From Modestobacter sp. I12A-02662 (GTDB taxonomy: Bacteria; Actinomycetota; Actinomycetes; Mycobacteriales; Geodermatophilaceae): a stretch of DNA of 64,000 bases. Below the pieces are notes generated by a model. That model had not been told where the DNA came from. It searched no databases and saw only the letters and a list, made by a program, of their open reading frames with translations. The stretch lies in contig NZ_JABGDE010000013.1 in NCBI RefSeq assembly GCF_041028325.1, forward strand, positions 118,980 through 182,979. Direction: 5' to 3'. Both the position numbers and the translations under genes were made by a program. How positions within the stretch are numbered: the stretch's first letter is position 1; every line of letters begins with the position of its first letter. Below, piece after piece: positions 48,772 to 58,564 of the stretch.

Positions 48772-50439
48772 TCACTGGGTGAGGACCTCGCGCTCGTTCG
48801 GCACGCAGTGCGTCATGGTCAGGCCACTGACGTCGCGCTGGCCGTTCTTGCCGAGGTTGGCCGCACGCTGCAGCTCGGCCTCGGTGAGCGTCTGGGTCTG
48901 GAGCGGCGCCAGGCCACGGACGTCGTCCGCGCTGATGTCCAGGCCGTCGCCCACGCGCTGGCCCAGCTCGTCCTCGGCCATGAACAGGTGCCAGACCATG
49001 CGGTCCTGGATCGGGCGGTCGCACTGGGACAGGCCGTCGATCAGGTTGGCCACCAGGTCGTCCTTCTCCCACTGCTCCGACAGCAGGTACCGCTGGCCGG
49101 CCTGCGTGTAGTCGTCGGTGCGCGGGATCCGCTTGCGGGTGAGCCGGCCGACGATCTCCGGGCCCTGGTCGTCGTGCGTGGGGTACTGGGCCTCACGCAG
49201 GCCGCCCAGGATCGACGGCTCGTAGTTGACGTGCGGGTTCTGCCCGGGGCCGAGGTCCACGCCGTAGGACATCTGCCCGTCGCGCTGGTTGGTGTGCACC
49301 TTCGCGGCCTTGGCGGAGTTCACCGGCAGCTGCAGGTAGTTCGGGCCCACCCGGTAGCGCTGGGTGTCGGAGTAGGAGAACGTCCGCCCGACCAGCATCT
49401 TGTCGTCGGAGAAGTCCAGCCCGTCGACGAGCACACCTGTACCGAAGGCGATCTGCTCGCTCTCGTTGAAGAAGTTCTCCGGGGTGCGGTTCAGCGTCAT
49501 GGTGCCGACCTTGCGGAGCGGGAAGTCGTTCTCCGGCCAGGTCTTGGTGTCGTCCAGCGGGTCGAAGTCGAGCTCGGGGTGCTCGTGGTCGTCCATCAGC
49601 TGCACGTACAGGTCCCAGGACGGGAAGTCGCCGCGCTCGATGGCCTCGTAGAGGTCCTTCGTGTGGACGCCGAGCTCCTTGCCCTGCGCCACCTCCGCGT
49701 CGGCGGCGGTCCAGGACTTGACGCCCTGCTTGGGCAGCCAGTGGTACTTGACCAGCTGGGTCTCCCCGGCGGCGTTGACCCACTTGTAGGTGTTCACGCC
49801 GAAGCCCTGCATGTGCCGGTAGCTGGACGGCAGGCCACGCGGGCTGAGCACCAGCGTGATCATGTGCATCGCCTCGGGCGACTGCGACCAGAAGTCGAAC
49901 ACCCGGTTGGGGACCTGCCGGTCGAAGTTGACCGGGTCTGGCTTCTGCGAGTGGATGAAGTCGGGGAACTTGATCGCGTCCCGGATGAAGAAGACACCGA
50001 GGTTGTTGCCGACGAGGTCCCAGTTGCCGTCCTCGGTGTAGAACTTCACCGCGAAGCCGCGCGGGTCACGCGCCGCCTCGGAGGAGTCCCGGCCACCGGC
50101 CACGGTCGAGAAGCGCAGGGCGACCTCGGTCTCCTTGCCCTTCTCCTGGAACAGCTTGGCGCGGGTGTACTTGCTGATCGGCTCGTCGCCGACGGTGCCG
50201 TCGGCGACGAAGACGCCGAAGGCGGTGGCGCCGCGGGCGTGCACCACGCGCTCCGGGATGCGCTCCCGGTCGAAGTGGCTGATCTTCTCGAGGAACTGGT
50301 AGTTCTCCAGGGTCGCCGGGCCACGAGCGCCCACGGTCCGCTGGTTCTGGTTGTCGTAGACCGGGTGGCCCTGACGGTTGGTCAGGATGGCGCGGTCGGC
50401 CTCACTGGCCGCCGGGCCCTGCGATGCGACGTCGGTCAT
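48772..50439 (-). CDS. monofunctional heme catalase
   Basis: canonical catalase sequence ([28 protein letters not shown], distal His/Asn, proximal Tyr region); AGGAAG RBS. Confidence 0.9.
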   Translation of the reverse strand: MTDVASQGPAASEADRAILTNRQGHPVYDNQNQRTVGARGPATLENYQFLEKISHFDRERIPERVVHARGATAFGVFVADGTVGDEPISKYTRAKLFQEKGKETEVALRFSTVAGGRDSSEAARDPRGFAVKFYTEDGNWDLVGNNLGVFFIRDAIKFPDFIHSQKPDPVNFDRQVPNRVFDFWSQSPEAMHMITLVLSPRGLPSSYRHMQGFGVNTYKWVNAAGETQLVKYHWLPKQGVKSWTAADAEVAQGKELGVHTKDLYEAIERGDFPSWDLYVQLMDDHEHPELDFDPLDDTKTWPENDFPLRKVGTMTLNRTPENFFNESEQIAFGTGVLVDGLDFSDDKMLVGRTFSYSDTQRYRVGPNYLQLPVNSAKAAKVHTNQRDGQMSYGVDLGPGQNPHVNYEPSILGGLREAQYPTHDDQGPEIVGRLTRKRIPRTDDYTQAGQRYLLSEQWEKDDLVANLIDGLSQCDRPIQDRMVWHLFMAEDELGQRVGDGLDISADDVRGLAPLQTQTLTEAELQRAANLGKNGQRDVSGLTMTHCVPNEREVLTQ

Positions 50440-50477
50440 GCTCTTCCTCTTCTCTGCTCGTCTGCAGTGTTCCGAGC

Positions 50478-50900
50478 TCACCTGCGCGCGGCCTGGCAGC
50501 CGGCGCAGGACCCCCAGAAGACGACCTCGGCCTCGTCGACCACGAACCCCGCCGTGTCGGAGGGGGCCAGGCACGGAGCGGCCCCCACGACACAGTCGAC
50601 GTCGACGACGACCCCGCACTCCCGGCAGACCAGGTGGTGGTGGTTGTCGCCGACCCGCAGCTCGTACAGCGCCGGCCCACCGGCCGGCTCGATCCGCCGG
50701 GCCAGCCCGCCGCCGACCAGCGCCTTGAGCACCCCGTAGACCGCCTGCGGCGAGATCGCGGGGTGTGCGGCGCGGGCGGCGGTGACGATGGTCTCGGCGT
50801 TGACGTGCGGGTGCGTGGCCAGGACGTCCATCACGGACAGCCGGGGGCGGGTGACCCGCAGCCCCGCCGTCCGCAGCTGCGCGTCCCAGGCCGTCTCCAT
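50478..50900 (-). CDS. Fur-family transcriptional regulator (FurA/CatR/PerR-like peroxide regulator)
   Basis: Fur DNA-binding helix and metal-site His/Cys clusters ([10 protein letters not shown], CxxC at C-terminus); immediately upstream of and co-oriented with the catalase. Confidence 0.85.
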   Translation of the reverse strand: METAWDAQLRTAGLRVTRPRLSVMDVLATHPHVNAETIVTAARAAHPAISPQAVYGVLKALVGGGLARRIEPAGGPALYELRVGDNHHHLVCRECGVVVDVDCVVGAAPCLAPSDTAGFVVDEAEVVFWGSCAGCQAARR

Positions 50901-50919
50901 CGGCCCCGACTCAACCCTC

Positions 50920-50937
50920 TTGTCTTGAGCAAGTCAA
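50920..50937. promoter_or_regulatory. imperfect 8-2-8 inverted repeat inside a 49-bp AT-richer island upstream of the fur-family gene
   Basis: TTGTCTTG-AG-CAAGTCAA (7/8 arm match) within cggccccgactcaaccctcttgtcttgagcaagtcaaatcaaggatccg. Confidence 0.5.
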
Positions 50938-50949
50938 ATCAAGGATCCG

Positions 50950-51825
50950 TCAAGCGAACACGATGGTGCGGTGGCCCTCGACGACCACGCGGTCCTCCAC
51001 GTGCCAGGTCACCGCCTGCGCGAGCACCTGCCGTTCCACGTAGCGCCCGACCCGGCGCATGTCCTCGACCGTCGCGCGGTGGTCGATCCGGGCGACCTCC
51101 TGCTCGATGATCGGCCCGGCGTCCAGCTCGGGCGTGACGTAGTGCGCCGTCGCGCCGATCAGCTTCACGCCGCGGTCGTGGGCCGCCTGGTACGGGTTCG
51201 CGCCCACGAACGCCGGCAGGAAGCTGTGGTGGATGTTGATGAGTCGCTCGGGGAACCGGCTGCAGAAGTCGGCCGAGACGACCTGCATGTAGCGGGCGAG
51301 CACCACCAGGTCGACGTCGCCGATCAGGTCCAGCGCCTTGGCCTCGGCGGCGTCCTTGGTCTCCGGCGTGACCGGCAGGTGGTGGAACGGCACGCCGTGC
51401 GCCCGGGCCACCGGCTCGAGGTCGGGGTGGTTGGAGACGACGGCGGCGATCTCCGCGCGCAGGTCGCCCGACCCCACCCGGTAGAGCAGCTCCTGCAGCA
51501 CGTGGTCGGTCCTCGACACGAACACCGCCAGCCGCGGCTTGTGCACCGCCTCGGTCAGCCGCCAGGTCATCCCCCACTGGCCGGCCAGCAGTCCCAGCGC
51601 CCCCTCCAGCTGGTGCCGGCGGACGGCGAGGCCGTGCAGCACGAACTCCAGCCGCAGCGTGAACGTGCCGCCCTCCGGATCGGAGGAGTGCTGCTGGGAC
51701 TCCACGATGTTCGCTCCGGCGTCGGCCAGCAGGCGCGAGAGGACGGCGACGATGCCGGGCCGGTCGGGACAGCGGACGACCAGACGTCCGAGGTCGGTGA
51801 ACCGGTCGGAGGTCTGCGGGGTCAC
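50950..51825 (-). CDS. purU: formyltetrahydrofolate deformylase
   Basis: N-terminal ACT domain plus formyl-transferase domain (HHSFLPAF, ATAHYVT..LD.GPII). Confidence 0.9.
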   Translation of the reverse strand: MTPQTSDRFTDLGRLVVRCPDRPGIVAVLSRLLADAGANIVESQQHSSDPEGGTFTLRLEFVLHGLAVRRHQLEGALGLLAGQWGMTWRLTEAVHKPRLAVFVSRTDHVLQELLYRVGSGDLRAEIAAVVSNHPDLEPVARAHGVPFHHLPVTPETKDAAEAKALDLIGDVDLVVLARYMQVVSADFCSRFPERLINIHHSFLPAFVGANPYQAAHDRGVKLIGATAHYVTPELDAGPIIEQEVARIDHRATVEDMRRVGRYVERQVLAQAVTWHVEDRVVVEGHRTIVFA

Positions 51826-51876
51826 GGCAGGGATGGTGACAGAGCGGTCCGGCGCGGCCGACGGCCCCCGGCGCGT

Positions 51877-52806
51877 TCACACCTCGGGCAGGTCCGCGCG
51901 GTGCCGGTCCGCGACGTCGAACAGGTCGCCGAACTCGGCCACCCGCGCCAGGACGTCCTCGGTCCCGAAGCGCACCGACTCCGGGTCCGCGCCGTCCCGC
52001 AGCGCGTCGACCTCGTCCCAGCCCAGCGGCGTGGACACCGTCGCGCCGGGCCGGGCCCGCAGCGAGTAGGGGGCGACCGTCGTCTTCGCGGTGTTGTTCT
52101 GGCTCCAGTCGACCAGCACCTTGCCCGGCCGCAGCGCCTTCTCCATCCGCCAGACCACCTGCTCGGGCGTCTCGCCGGTCAGCTCCCGGGCCAGCTGCTT
52201 GGCGTACCGGCTGGGGTGCTCCCTGTCCGCGCAGCCGATCGGCGCGTACACCTGCATCCCCTTGGACCCCGAGGTCTTCACCACCGGGTCCAGCCCGTCG
52301 GCGACCAGCCGCTCGCGGAGCCGGTGCGCCACGTGCGCGCACTCGACGACGCCGGTGCCGGGGCCGGGGTCGAGGTCGAGGACCAGCAGGTCGGGCAGGA
52401 GCTGTTCCCCGCCGTCGTCCACCCGCCACTGCGGGACGTGCAGCTCCAGGGCGGCGAGGTTGGCCGACCACACGAGGTCGGGGACGGCGGACAGCAGCAC
52501 CATGTCCAGGGTCTCCCGGCCCCGGGAGCTCCCCGGGGAGGGCACGGTCACCGAGCGCACCCAGGGCGGGGCGTGCCGGGCGCTGTTCTTCTCGAAGAAC
52601 GCCTTCCCGTCCACGCCCGAGGGCCAGCGGGTGAAGGTGACCGGGCGGTCGGCCACGTGCGGCAGCAGCACCGGCGCGATCCGCACGTAGTAGTCGATGA
52701 CCTGCGCCTTGGTGAACCCCACCACGGGGAAGAGCACCTTGTCCAGGTTCGAGACCTCGAGTTGGCGCCCCTCGATCTGCACCCGCTGCCGCACGGGCTC
52801 GCTCAC
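51877..52806 (-). CDS. NHEJ DNA polymerase/primase domain protein (LigD Pol domain, stand-alone)
   Basis: LigD-Pol motifs (VKTSGSKGMQVY, VDWSQN); GTG start overlaps the stop of the upstream PE-ligase gene (GTGA). Confidence 0.8.
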   Translation of the reverse strand: MSEPVRQRVQIEGRQLEVSNLDKVLFPVVGFTKAQVIDYYVRIAPVLLPHVADRPVTFTRWPSGVDGKAFFEKNSARHAPPWVRSVTVPSPGSSRGRETLDMVLLSAVPDLVWSANLAALELHVPQWRVDDGGEQLLPDLLVLDLDPGPGTGVVECAHVAHRLRERLVADGLDPVVKTSGSKGMQVYAPIGCADREHPSRYAKQLARELTGETPEQVVWRMEKALRPGKVLVDWSQNNTAKTTVAPYSLRARPGATVSTPLGWDEVDALRDGADPESVRFGTEDVLARVAEFGDLFDVADRHRADLPEV

Positions 52807-54278
52807 GGCTCGACCACCACGTCGGCGGGGTCGACGTCGTCGCGCAGCCCGCGCCAGGACGGATGGCGCAGCCGCCCGTCGCGGGTCCACTGGCCGAAGG
52901 CGACCTCGCCGACGAGCAGCGGCTCGACCCAGTGCGCGTCCCGGGTGACCAGCCGGGGCAGCGCGTCGGCGAACGGCGAGGTGCTGCGCGGGGTGAGCAG
53001 CGGCGCCAGGTCGGCGAGTGCCCTCGCGGTGAAGCCGGTGCCGACGTGCCCGGCGTACACCAGCCGGCCGGTGTCGTCGTGCACGCCGACCAGCAGCGAG
53101 CCGATCCCCCCTGCCCGCCGCCCCTCACCGGGCCGCCACCCGCCGACGACCACCGCCTGGGTGCTCAGGTTCTTCACCTTGCGCCAGTCCGGCCCGCGGC
53201 CACCGGGCCGGTACGGCGAGTCCAGCCGCTTGGCGACGACGCCCTCCAGCCCGTTCTCCCGGCTGGCCGCCTGCACCAGCGGGCCGTCGCTGCGGAACCA
53301 GGGGGTGGTCACCCAGCGGTCACTGCCGAGCCCGAGCGCGTCCAGCCGCTCGCGGCGCTCGGTGTACGGCAGGCCGAGCATGCTCGCGCCGTCCCAGGCG
53401 AGCAGGTCGAACACCAGGTAGCTGACCGGCGCGGCGGCGGCCATCCGGGCCACCTCCGGACCGGTCCGGTGCATCCGCCCCTGCAGCAGCCCGAAGTCGG
53501 GGCGGCCGCGCGCGTCGAGCGCGACCACCTCGCCGTCCAGCACGGCGTCGTGCCCGTGCAGCGCGGCCGGCAGGGCACCGAGCTCGGGGTAGGTGGCGGT
53601 GACGTCGTTGCCGCTGCGGGCCCGCAGCCGCAGCCGGCCGGACCGGACGTGGGCCAGCGCCCGGACGCCGTCCCACTTGAACTCGTAGCCCCAGCGCGGG
53701 TCGTCGGCCGGGGGCAGCTCGCCGAGGGCCGCCAGCATGGGCGGCAGGTCCTCCGGGACGTCCGCGGCGACCGGCGCCTCGACGGCGGGGTGCGGGTCCA
53801 GCCGGCGGATGTTCCAGGTGCGGTCGGGCAGCCGGAAGAGCACGTAGCGGCCGGTGAGCCGCCGGCCGGTGAACGCGACGGTGACGTGGTCCTCGGCCCA
53901 CTTCTCGGTGGCGTACCGGCCGGTGTCCCAGATGCTCACCTCACCGCCGCCGTACTCGCCGGCGGCGATCATGCCGGTGAAGGACGCGTACTCCAGCGGG
54001 TGGTCCTCGGTGGGGACGGCGAGCCGGTTCACCCCCGGCTCCAGCGGCGGCCCCTTCGGCACCGCCCAGCTCTTCAGCACACCGTCGCGCTCCAGGCGCA
54101 GGTCCCAGTGCACCCGCTCACCGGCCCGGCCGCGCGGCGTGTGGTGCTCCTGGACGACGAAGGTGTCGTCGTCGCCGACGGGCAGCGGCTGCCCGGCGGG
54201 TGGCACGGGCTCGGCGGTGCGCGCGGGGTCCCGCTTGGCCCGGTAGGTGGCCAGCGGGTCGGGCTGGATCGCGGACAA
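52803..54278 (-). CDS. ligD: ATP-dependent DNA ligase LigD, phosphoesterase + ligase domains
   Basis: N-terminal 3'-phosphoesterase motifs (FVVQEHH, HWDLRLE); ligase adenylation site (YEFKWDGVRA) and OB domain. Confidence 0.85.
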   Translation of the reverse strand: MSAIQPDPLATYRAKRDPARTAEPVPPAGQPLPVGDDDTFVVQEHHTPRGRAGERVHWDLRLERDGVLKSWAVPKGPPLEPGVNRLAVPTEDHPLEYASFTGMIAAGEYGGGEVSIWDTGRYATEKWAEDHVTVAFTGRRLTGRYVLFRLPDRTWNIRRLDPHPAVEAPVAADVPEDLPPMLAALGELPPADDPRWGYEFKWDGVRALAHVRSGRLRLRARSGNDVTATYPELGALPAALHGHDAVLDGEVVALDARGRPDFGLLQGRMHRTGPEVARMAAAAPVSYLVFDLLAWDGASMLGLPYTERRERLDALGLGSDRWVTTPWFRSDGPLVQAASRENGLEGVVAKRLDSPYRPGGRGPDWRKVKNLSTQAVVVGGWRPGEGRRAGGIGSLLVGVHDDTGRLVYAGHVGTGFTARALADLAPLLTPRSTSPFADALPRLVTRDAHWVEPLLVGEVAFGQWTRDGRLRHPSWRGLRDDVDPADVVVEP

Positions 54279-54290
54279 GCGCAGACCGGG

Positions 54291-55310
54291 TCAGGCGGTC
54301 TTGCGGGCCCGCGACGCGCGCTTGGCCGGCTTGGCCTCGTCGTCGTCCGCGGTCGCCTTCTCGGCCGGGGCCTTCTTCGCGGCGGCCTTCTTCGCCGGCG
54401 CCTTGGCGGCCGGCTCGTCGTCGTCCCCGGTCGCCTTCTTCGCCGGGGCCTTCTTCGCGGCGGCCCGCTTGGCCGGCGCCTTCCGGGCCGGCGCAGGCTC
54501 CTCGACGGCGTCGTCGTCCCCGGCCGCGGGGGCCGAGCCCCCGGCCCGCTCGACACTGCGGCGGAGCGCGCTCATCAGGTCCACCACCGCGCCGCCCCCG
54601 GTGTCGGCGGTCTCCGGCGCCTGCTGCACCTCACCGCCGGACTGCTTGGCCTCCAGCAGCGCCTGCATCGCCTCGCGGTAGTCGTCGGTGAACTGGCCCG
54701 GGTCGAAGTCGCCGGCCATCGTCGCGATCAGCGACTCGGCCATCGCGAGCTCCTGCGGCCGCACCGGCACGTCCTCGTCGAGGAAGCCGAAGTCCGGACG
54801 GCGGATCTCGTCGGGCCAGCGCATGGTGTGCAGCACCAGGACCCCGTCGCGCACCCGGAGCGCGGCCAGCGACTCCCGCTGACGGATGGCGATCTTCGTG
54901 ATCGCGACCTGGCCGGCGTTCTCCAGCGCGGTGCGCAGCAGCACGTACGGGCGGGCGGCGACGCCGTCGGGCTCGAGGTAGTAGGTCTTCTCGAAGTGGA
55001 TCGGGTCGATCTGCTCCTGGTCGACGAACTGGAGCACCTCGATCTCGTGCGTGGTGGGGAGCGGCAGGTCCTCGAAGTCCTCGTCGGTCAGCACGACGAG
55101 CTGGCCGTCGGGCAGCTCGAAGCCCTTGGCTATGTCGCCGTACTCGACCTCCTCGCCGTCGACCGAGCACACGCGCTTGTACTTCACCCGGCCACCGTCG
55201 GTCCGGTGGACCTGGTGGAAGCGGATGTCGTGGTCCTCGGTCGCCGAGTACAGCTTCACGCCGATGCTCACCAGGCCGAAGGAGACCGCGCCCTTCCAGA
55301 TCGACCGCAC
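54291..55310 (-). CDS. ku: Ku protein (NHEJ DNA end-binding) with Lys/Ala/Pro-rich C-terminal tail
   Basis: MRSIWKGAVSFGLVSIGVKLY.. Ku core; C-terminal PAKKA/AKKAPAKK repeats; GTG start. Confidence 0.9.
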   Translation of the reverse strand: MRSIWKGAVSFGLVSIGVKLYSATEDHDIRFHQVHRTDGGRVKYKRVCSVDGEEVEYGDIAKGFELPDGQLVVLTDEDFEDLPLPTTHEIEVLQFVDQEQIDPIHFEKTYYLEPDGVAARPYVLLRTALENAGQVAITKIAIRQRESLAALRVRDGVLVLHTMRWPDEIRRPDFGFLDEDVPVRPQELAMAESLIATMAGDFDPGQFTDDYREAMQALLEAKQSGGEVQQAPETADTGGGAVVDLMSALRRSVERAGGSAPAAGDDDAVEEPAPARKAPAKRAAAKKAPAKKATGDDDEPAAKAPAKKAAAKKAPAEKATADDDEAKPAKRASRARKTA

Positions 55311-55451
55311 GCTGCCTCCCGTTCCCGGACCGCGACGCCCGGCGTCGCCCCAAGATCACAGGATAGGGCCGTCAGCACCTCCCCGGCAGGCCGACGGCGG
55401 CCGCCACCTGCGGCCCGCCACCCGGACGGGTGACCCGGCGGCGGGCCGGGA

Positions 55452-56018
55452 TCAGCTGTCGGCGTCGCGGCCGGGGGTGAGCGCGCCGTTCTGGATGGCG
55501 TCGTAGACGAACTGCAGCACGTCCGAGCCCGCCACCATCGTCATGGTCAGCGCCGCCAGCCGGGTGGCCCGCGGCGCGGCGACGTAGCCGAGGACGAAGC
55601 CGGTGCCGACCCACTGCGCCAGGCAGAACGGGCAGGTGAGCAGCTCGCCGACCGCGTGCTTGACGCCGCCGTGCTCGCGCACCTCCTCGGCGACCTCCGC
55701 CTCGCCGGACGTGCCCTGGTAGCTGGTGAACGGCGCCCGGACCGGTGCGGTCACCGGGTCCTTGGCGATCCGGCGGGCCAACCGGAACGTGCCGACGGTC
55801 AGCAGCACGGCGTCGCCGAGCGGGATGCGGGTGGGCAGTTCCCTGCCCGAGACGCGGATCGCCGCGGCCGCGGCGCCGACCAGGCCGACGTAGACGCCCA
55901 TCGCCCCCAGGTCCGCGCCCAGTGGTCGCGCCTCCCCCTGCGTGTACTCCTGCTTCTGGGTGCGGGCCCAGCGCCGCACGGGATCGCCGATGCGCGGCAG
56001 CTGGTTCGGGATGGCCAT
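55452..56018 (-). CDS. DUF1360-family membrane protein
   Basis: ..LLTCPFCLAQWVGTGFVLGYVAAP.. matches the DUF1360 conserved CPxC region. Confidence 0.6.
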   Translation of the reverse strand: MAIPNQLPRIGDPVRRWARTQKQEYTQGEARPLGADLGAMGVYVGLVGAAAAAIRVSGRELPTRIPLGDAVLLTVGTFRLARRIAKDPVTAPVRAPFTSYQGTSGEAEVAEEVREHGGVKHAVGELLTCPFCLAQWVGTGFVLGYVAAPRATRLAALTMTMVAGSDVLQFVYDAIQNGALTPGRDADS

Positions 56019-56187
56019 GGCCACCTCGCTACCCGCCGTCGCCGGGTCCATGCCGAACCGGCGCCGCGCATGGCCCGGGGCCACCCGGGTAGGGCGTGAT
56101 CACGACGCCGGTCACCCGACCGGCTCCCCCGTCCACCGGACGGACGAGCGTGCGCCCACCGGACGCACGCAGAACGGAGGCAACCCG

Positions 56188-56730
56188 ATGACCCAGGCCG
56201 ACCCGAACGAGCAGGCGGCCGCCCACTCGGCCCGCAACGACGCCGAGTTCCCCGACGACGAGCGCGGCCTCACCGGTGTCGACGAGGCCGCCTTCGCCGA
56301 CACCGGGTCCACCGGGGGCGCCGAGGGCCAGACCGCCCGCGACGTGTTCCCCGAGGACAACGGCGTCCCGGACGTGTCCCAGGACGACTTCCCGACGATG
56401 CAGGCCAGCGAGGACCCGCAGTTCGCCCCGGAGCCCGGTGACCGGGAGGGCCACCAGACCGTCGACTTCGGGACGACGGCGTTCGAGCAGGCCGAGGGCG
56501 AGTCCCTGTCCGGCCGGCTGGAGCGGGAGCTGCCCGACGACGCCCCGGACGTCCGGCCGGCCGAGGACCCCGACCGCGCCTTCGCCCAGCTGGGCCAGGA
56601 CCAGGACACCGACCTGCTCAGCGACTCGGGCACCCACCGCACCGGCGACGACGTCGAGGCCTTCGCCGACGCCCCGGTGGCCGGCGAGGGGCCCGAGGAG
56701 AGCGCCGTCCACGTCATCGAGAACACCTGA
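56188..56730 (+). CDS. highly acidic, low-complexity hypothetical protein
   Basis: 180 aa, about 30% Asp/Glu, no hydrophobic core; ACGGAGG RBS. Confidence 0.5.
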   Translation: MTQADPNEQAAAHSARNDAEFPDDERGLTGVDEAAFADTGSTGGAEGQTARDVFPEDNGVPDVSQDDFPTMQASEDPQFAPEPGDREGHQTVDFGTTAFEQAEGESLSGRLERELPDDAPDVRPAEDPDRAFAQLGQDQDTDLLSDSGTHRTGDDVEAFADAPVAGEGPEESAVHVIENT

Positions 56731-56744
56731 GCGCAGCTGCGGGC

Positions 56745-56769
56745 CGGTCCCCCTCCCCCGGGGGGACCG
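56745..56769. terminator. 9-bp stem hairpin 15 nt after the acidic-protein stop
   Basis: cggtccccc-tcccccg-gggggaccg. Confidence 0.4.
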
Positions 56770-56984
56770 TCCGCCCGGCCCGGTTGGTGCCGTGATCAGC
56801 GCGGGGCTACGTTGGGTGCCACGGTTGAGCAGCCAGCCGTCGCCTGCCCGGACCCCCGGGGCCAGGCGTGTCCGGAACACCCCGCGGTGTACCGGGCCGC
56901 GTGGGGACCGGACGGTGTGCCGACGTACTCTGTCCGGGCGAACGCGTGCCCGACGTGCACCGCCGCTGAGAGGAGCTGCAGTCC

Positions 56985-57374
56985 GTGACCTCATCCGACT
57001 CACCCGCCGAAGGCGTGTCGACCGCGGCTGACTCGAACGAAGCGCCCTTCGACGACGTGATCACGCTGTCGACGTCGAACGACGGCGACGGCACGGTCAC
57101 CGTGACGGTCGTGGGCGAGGTCGACACCTTCACCGCCCCCGTCCTCCGCGCCTCGTTGGACACGCAGCTCGAGCAGCAGCCCAAGGCCCTGGTCATCGAC
57201 CTGTGCGGCGTCCAGTTCCTCGGCTCGGCCGGCCTGGCCGTGCTCGTGGAGACCCAGAAGTCGGCGCGCACCCGCGACGTCGCGCTGCGGCTGGTCGCCA
57301 ACACCCGCGCCGTGACCCGCCCGCTGGAGGTCACCGGCCTGATCGACCTGTTCACGATCGCCGACCGCGCCTGA
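56985..57374 (+). CDS. STAS-domain anti-sigma-factor antagonist (SpoIIAA/RsbV-like)
   Basis: ..TVVGEVD.FTAP.LRASL....KALVIDLCGVQFLGSAGLAVLV.. STAS signature with conserved phosphorylatable Ser; GAGAGGAG RBS before GTG. Confidence 0.75.
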   Translation: MTSSDSPAEGVSTAADSNEAPFDDVITLSTSNDGDGTVTVTVVGEVDTFTAPVLRASLDTQLEQQPKALVIDLCGVQFLGSAGLAVLVETQKSARTRDVALRLVANTRAVTRPLEVTGLIDLFTIADRA

Positions 57375-57444
57375 AGAAGGACCCCGCTGCCCCCCGCCAC
57401 TCGCACGCTCGCGGCGGGCCCCTGCAGCGGGGCCGCCAGTGGCC

Positions 57445-57478
57445 GACGGGCGCCCCTCCGCTCGGAGGGGCGCCCGTC
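57445..57478. terminator. perfect 14-bp stem, 6-nt loop hairpin at the STAS/TopoIB convergent junction
   Basis: gacgggcgcccctc-cgctcg-gaggggcgcccgtc followed by gtcgttc. Confidence 0.6.
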
Positions 57479-57483
57479 GTCGT

Positions 57484-58497
57484 TCATGCGCTGAGCAGGC
57501 TGCAGACGCCGGCCTCCAGGGTGCGCTGGGCGGTCCGGTCATCGGGTGCCTCGGCCGCCTCGGCCAGCGCGTCGGCGATCGTCTCGCCCTGCTCGTACCG
57601 GTCGACGACCCGCGGGTCGACGTAGCTGGCCCGGCACACGGCCGGGGTGTTGCCCAGCTGCTCGGAGACCTTCACGTAGGCCTGCCGCACCACCTTCTTC
57701 CGCGCCGTCCTGCTGCGCGGCGGGGGCTCCTCGGCCAGCGTGGCGGCCATCATCACCGTCGCCGTCCAGGTGCGGAAGTCCTTCGCGGTGATCTCCGCGC
57801 CGCTGATCTCCTTCAGGTAGGCGTTGATCTCGTCGCTGGTCACGTCGTGCCAGCTGCCGTCCGCCAGGGGGTAGCCCAGCAGCTCCTCCCCCAGGTCGGC
57901 GGGGCGCTTGAGCAGCTCCCGGACCACCACCGCCGTCGGCTTGTCGATCAGCTCGAGCTCACGCTCGATCCCGCCCTTGGCGGTGTAGTGGAAGAAGACC
58001 CGCTCCCCGCGCACCTCGACGTGCTCCCGGCGCAGCGTGGCCAGCCCGAACGTGCCGTTGTCCTCCGCGTACTGCTCGCTGCCCACCCGGAACGCGCCCA
58101 GGTCCAGCAGCCGCACGCCGCACGCCAGCACCCGCTCCCGGTTCAGCCCGCGGCTGCCCAGCGCGTCGAGGACGGCGTCGCGCACGTCGGGCAGCTGGTG
58201 GGAGATCTCCAGCACCCGCTCGTGCTTGGCGGCGTCCCGCTTGATCCGCCACTGGTCGTGGTAGCGGTACTGCCGCCGGCCGGCCGCGTCGGTGCCGAGC
58301 GCCTGGATGTGGCCGTTCGGCCACGGGGAGATCCACACGTCCTTCCAGGCCGGCGGGATGGCGAGCGCCCGGATCCGGTCCAGCCGGTCGTCCTTGATCA
58401 GCGCGCCGGTCTCGTCGCGGTAGGCCCAGCCCCGTCCGGCGCGACGCCGCGTCCAGCCCGGGGCGTTCACGTCACTGCGCCGCAGTCTCACGGGCAC
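57484..58497 (-). CDS. DNA topoisomerase IB (poxvirus-type)
   Basis: 337 aa; TopIB catalytic-domain conservation (..ALAIPPAWKDVWI.., ..TAKGGIERE.., RASYVDPRV with active-site Tyr region). Confidence 0.85.
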   Translation of the reverse strand: MPVRLRRSDVNAPGWTRRRAGRGWAYRDETGALIKDDRLDRIRALAIPPAWKDVWISPWPNGHIQALGTDAAGRRQYRYHDQWRIKRDAAKHERVLEISHQLPDVRDAVLDALGSRGLNRERVLACGVRLLDLGAFRVGSEQYAEDNGTFGLATLRREHVEVRGERVFFHYTAKGGIERELELIDKPTAVVVRELLKRPADLGEELLGYPLADGSWHDVTSDEINAYLKEISGAEITAKDFRTWTATVMMAATLAEEPPPRSRTARKKVVRQAYVKVSEQLGNTPAVCRASYVDPRVVDRYEQGETIADALAEAAEAPDDRTAQRTLEAGVCSLLSA

Positions 58498-58564
58498 TCA
58501 GATGGGCACGCGGGACCCGCGCCAAACGCAGCGTGGTCGGTCCCACCCCAACCGGTGAGATCGG

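Noticed and set aside
56782-56808. Second SigF-like promoter upstream of the STAS gene
   Set aside because: Only 4 of 6 match in the -10 element; kept as a remark inside the promoter finding rather than as a feature.
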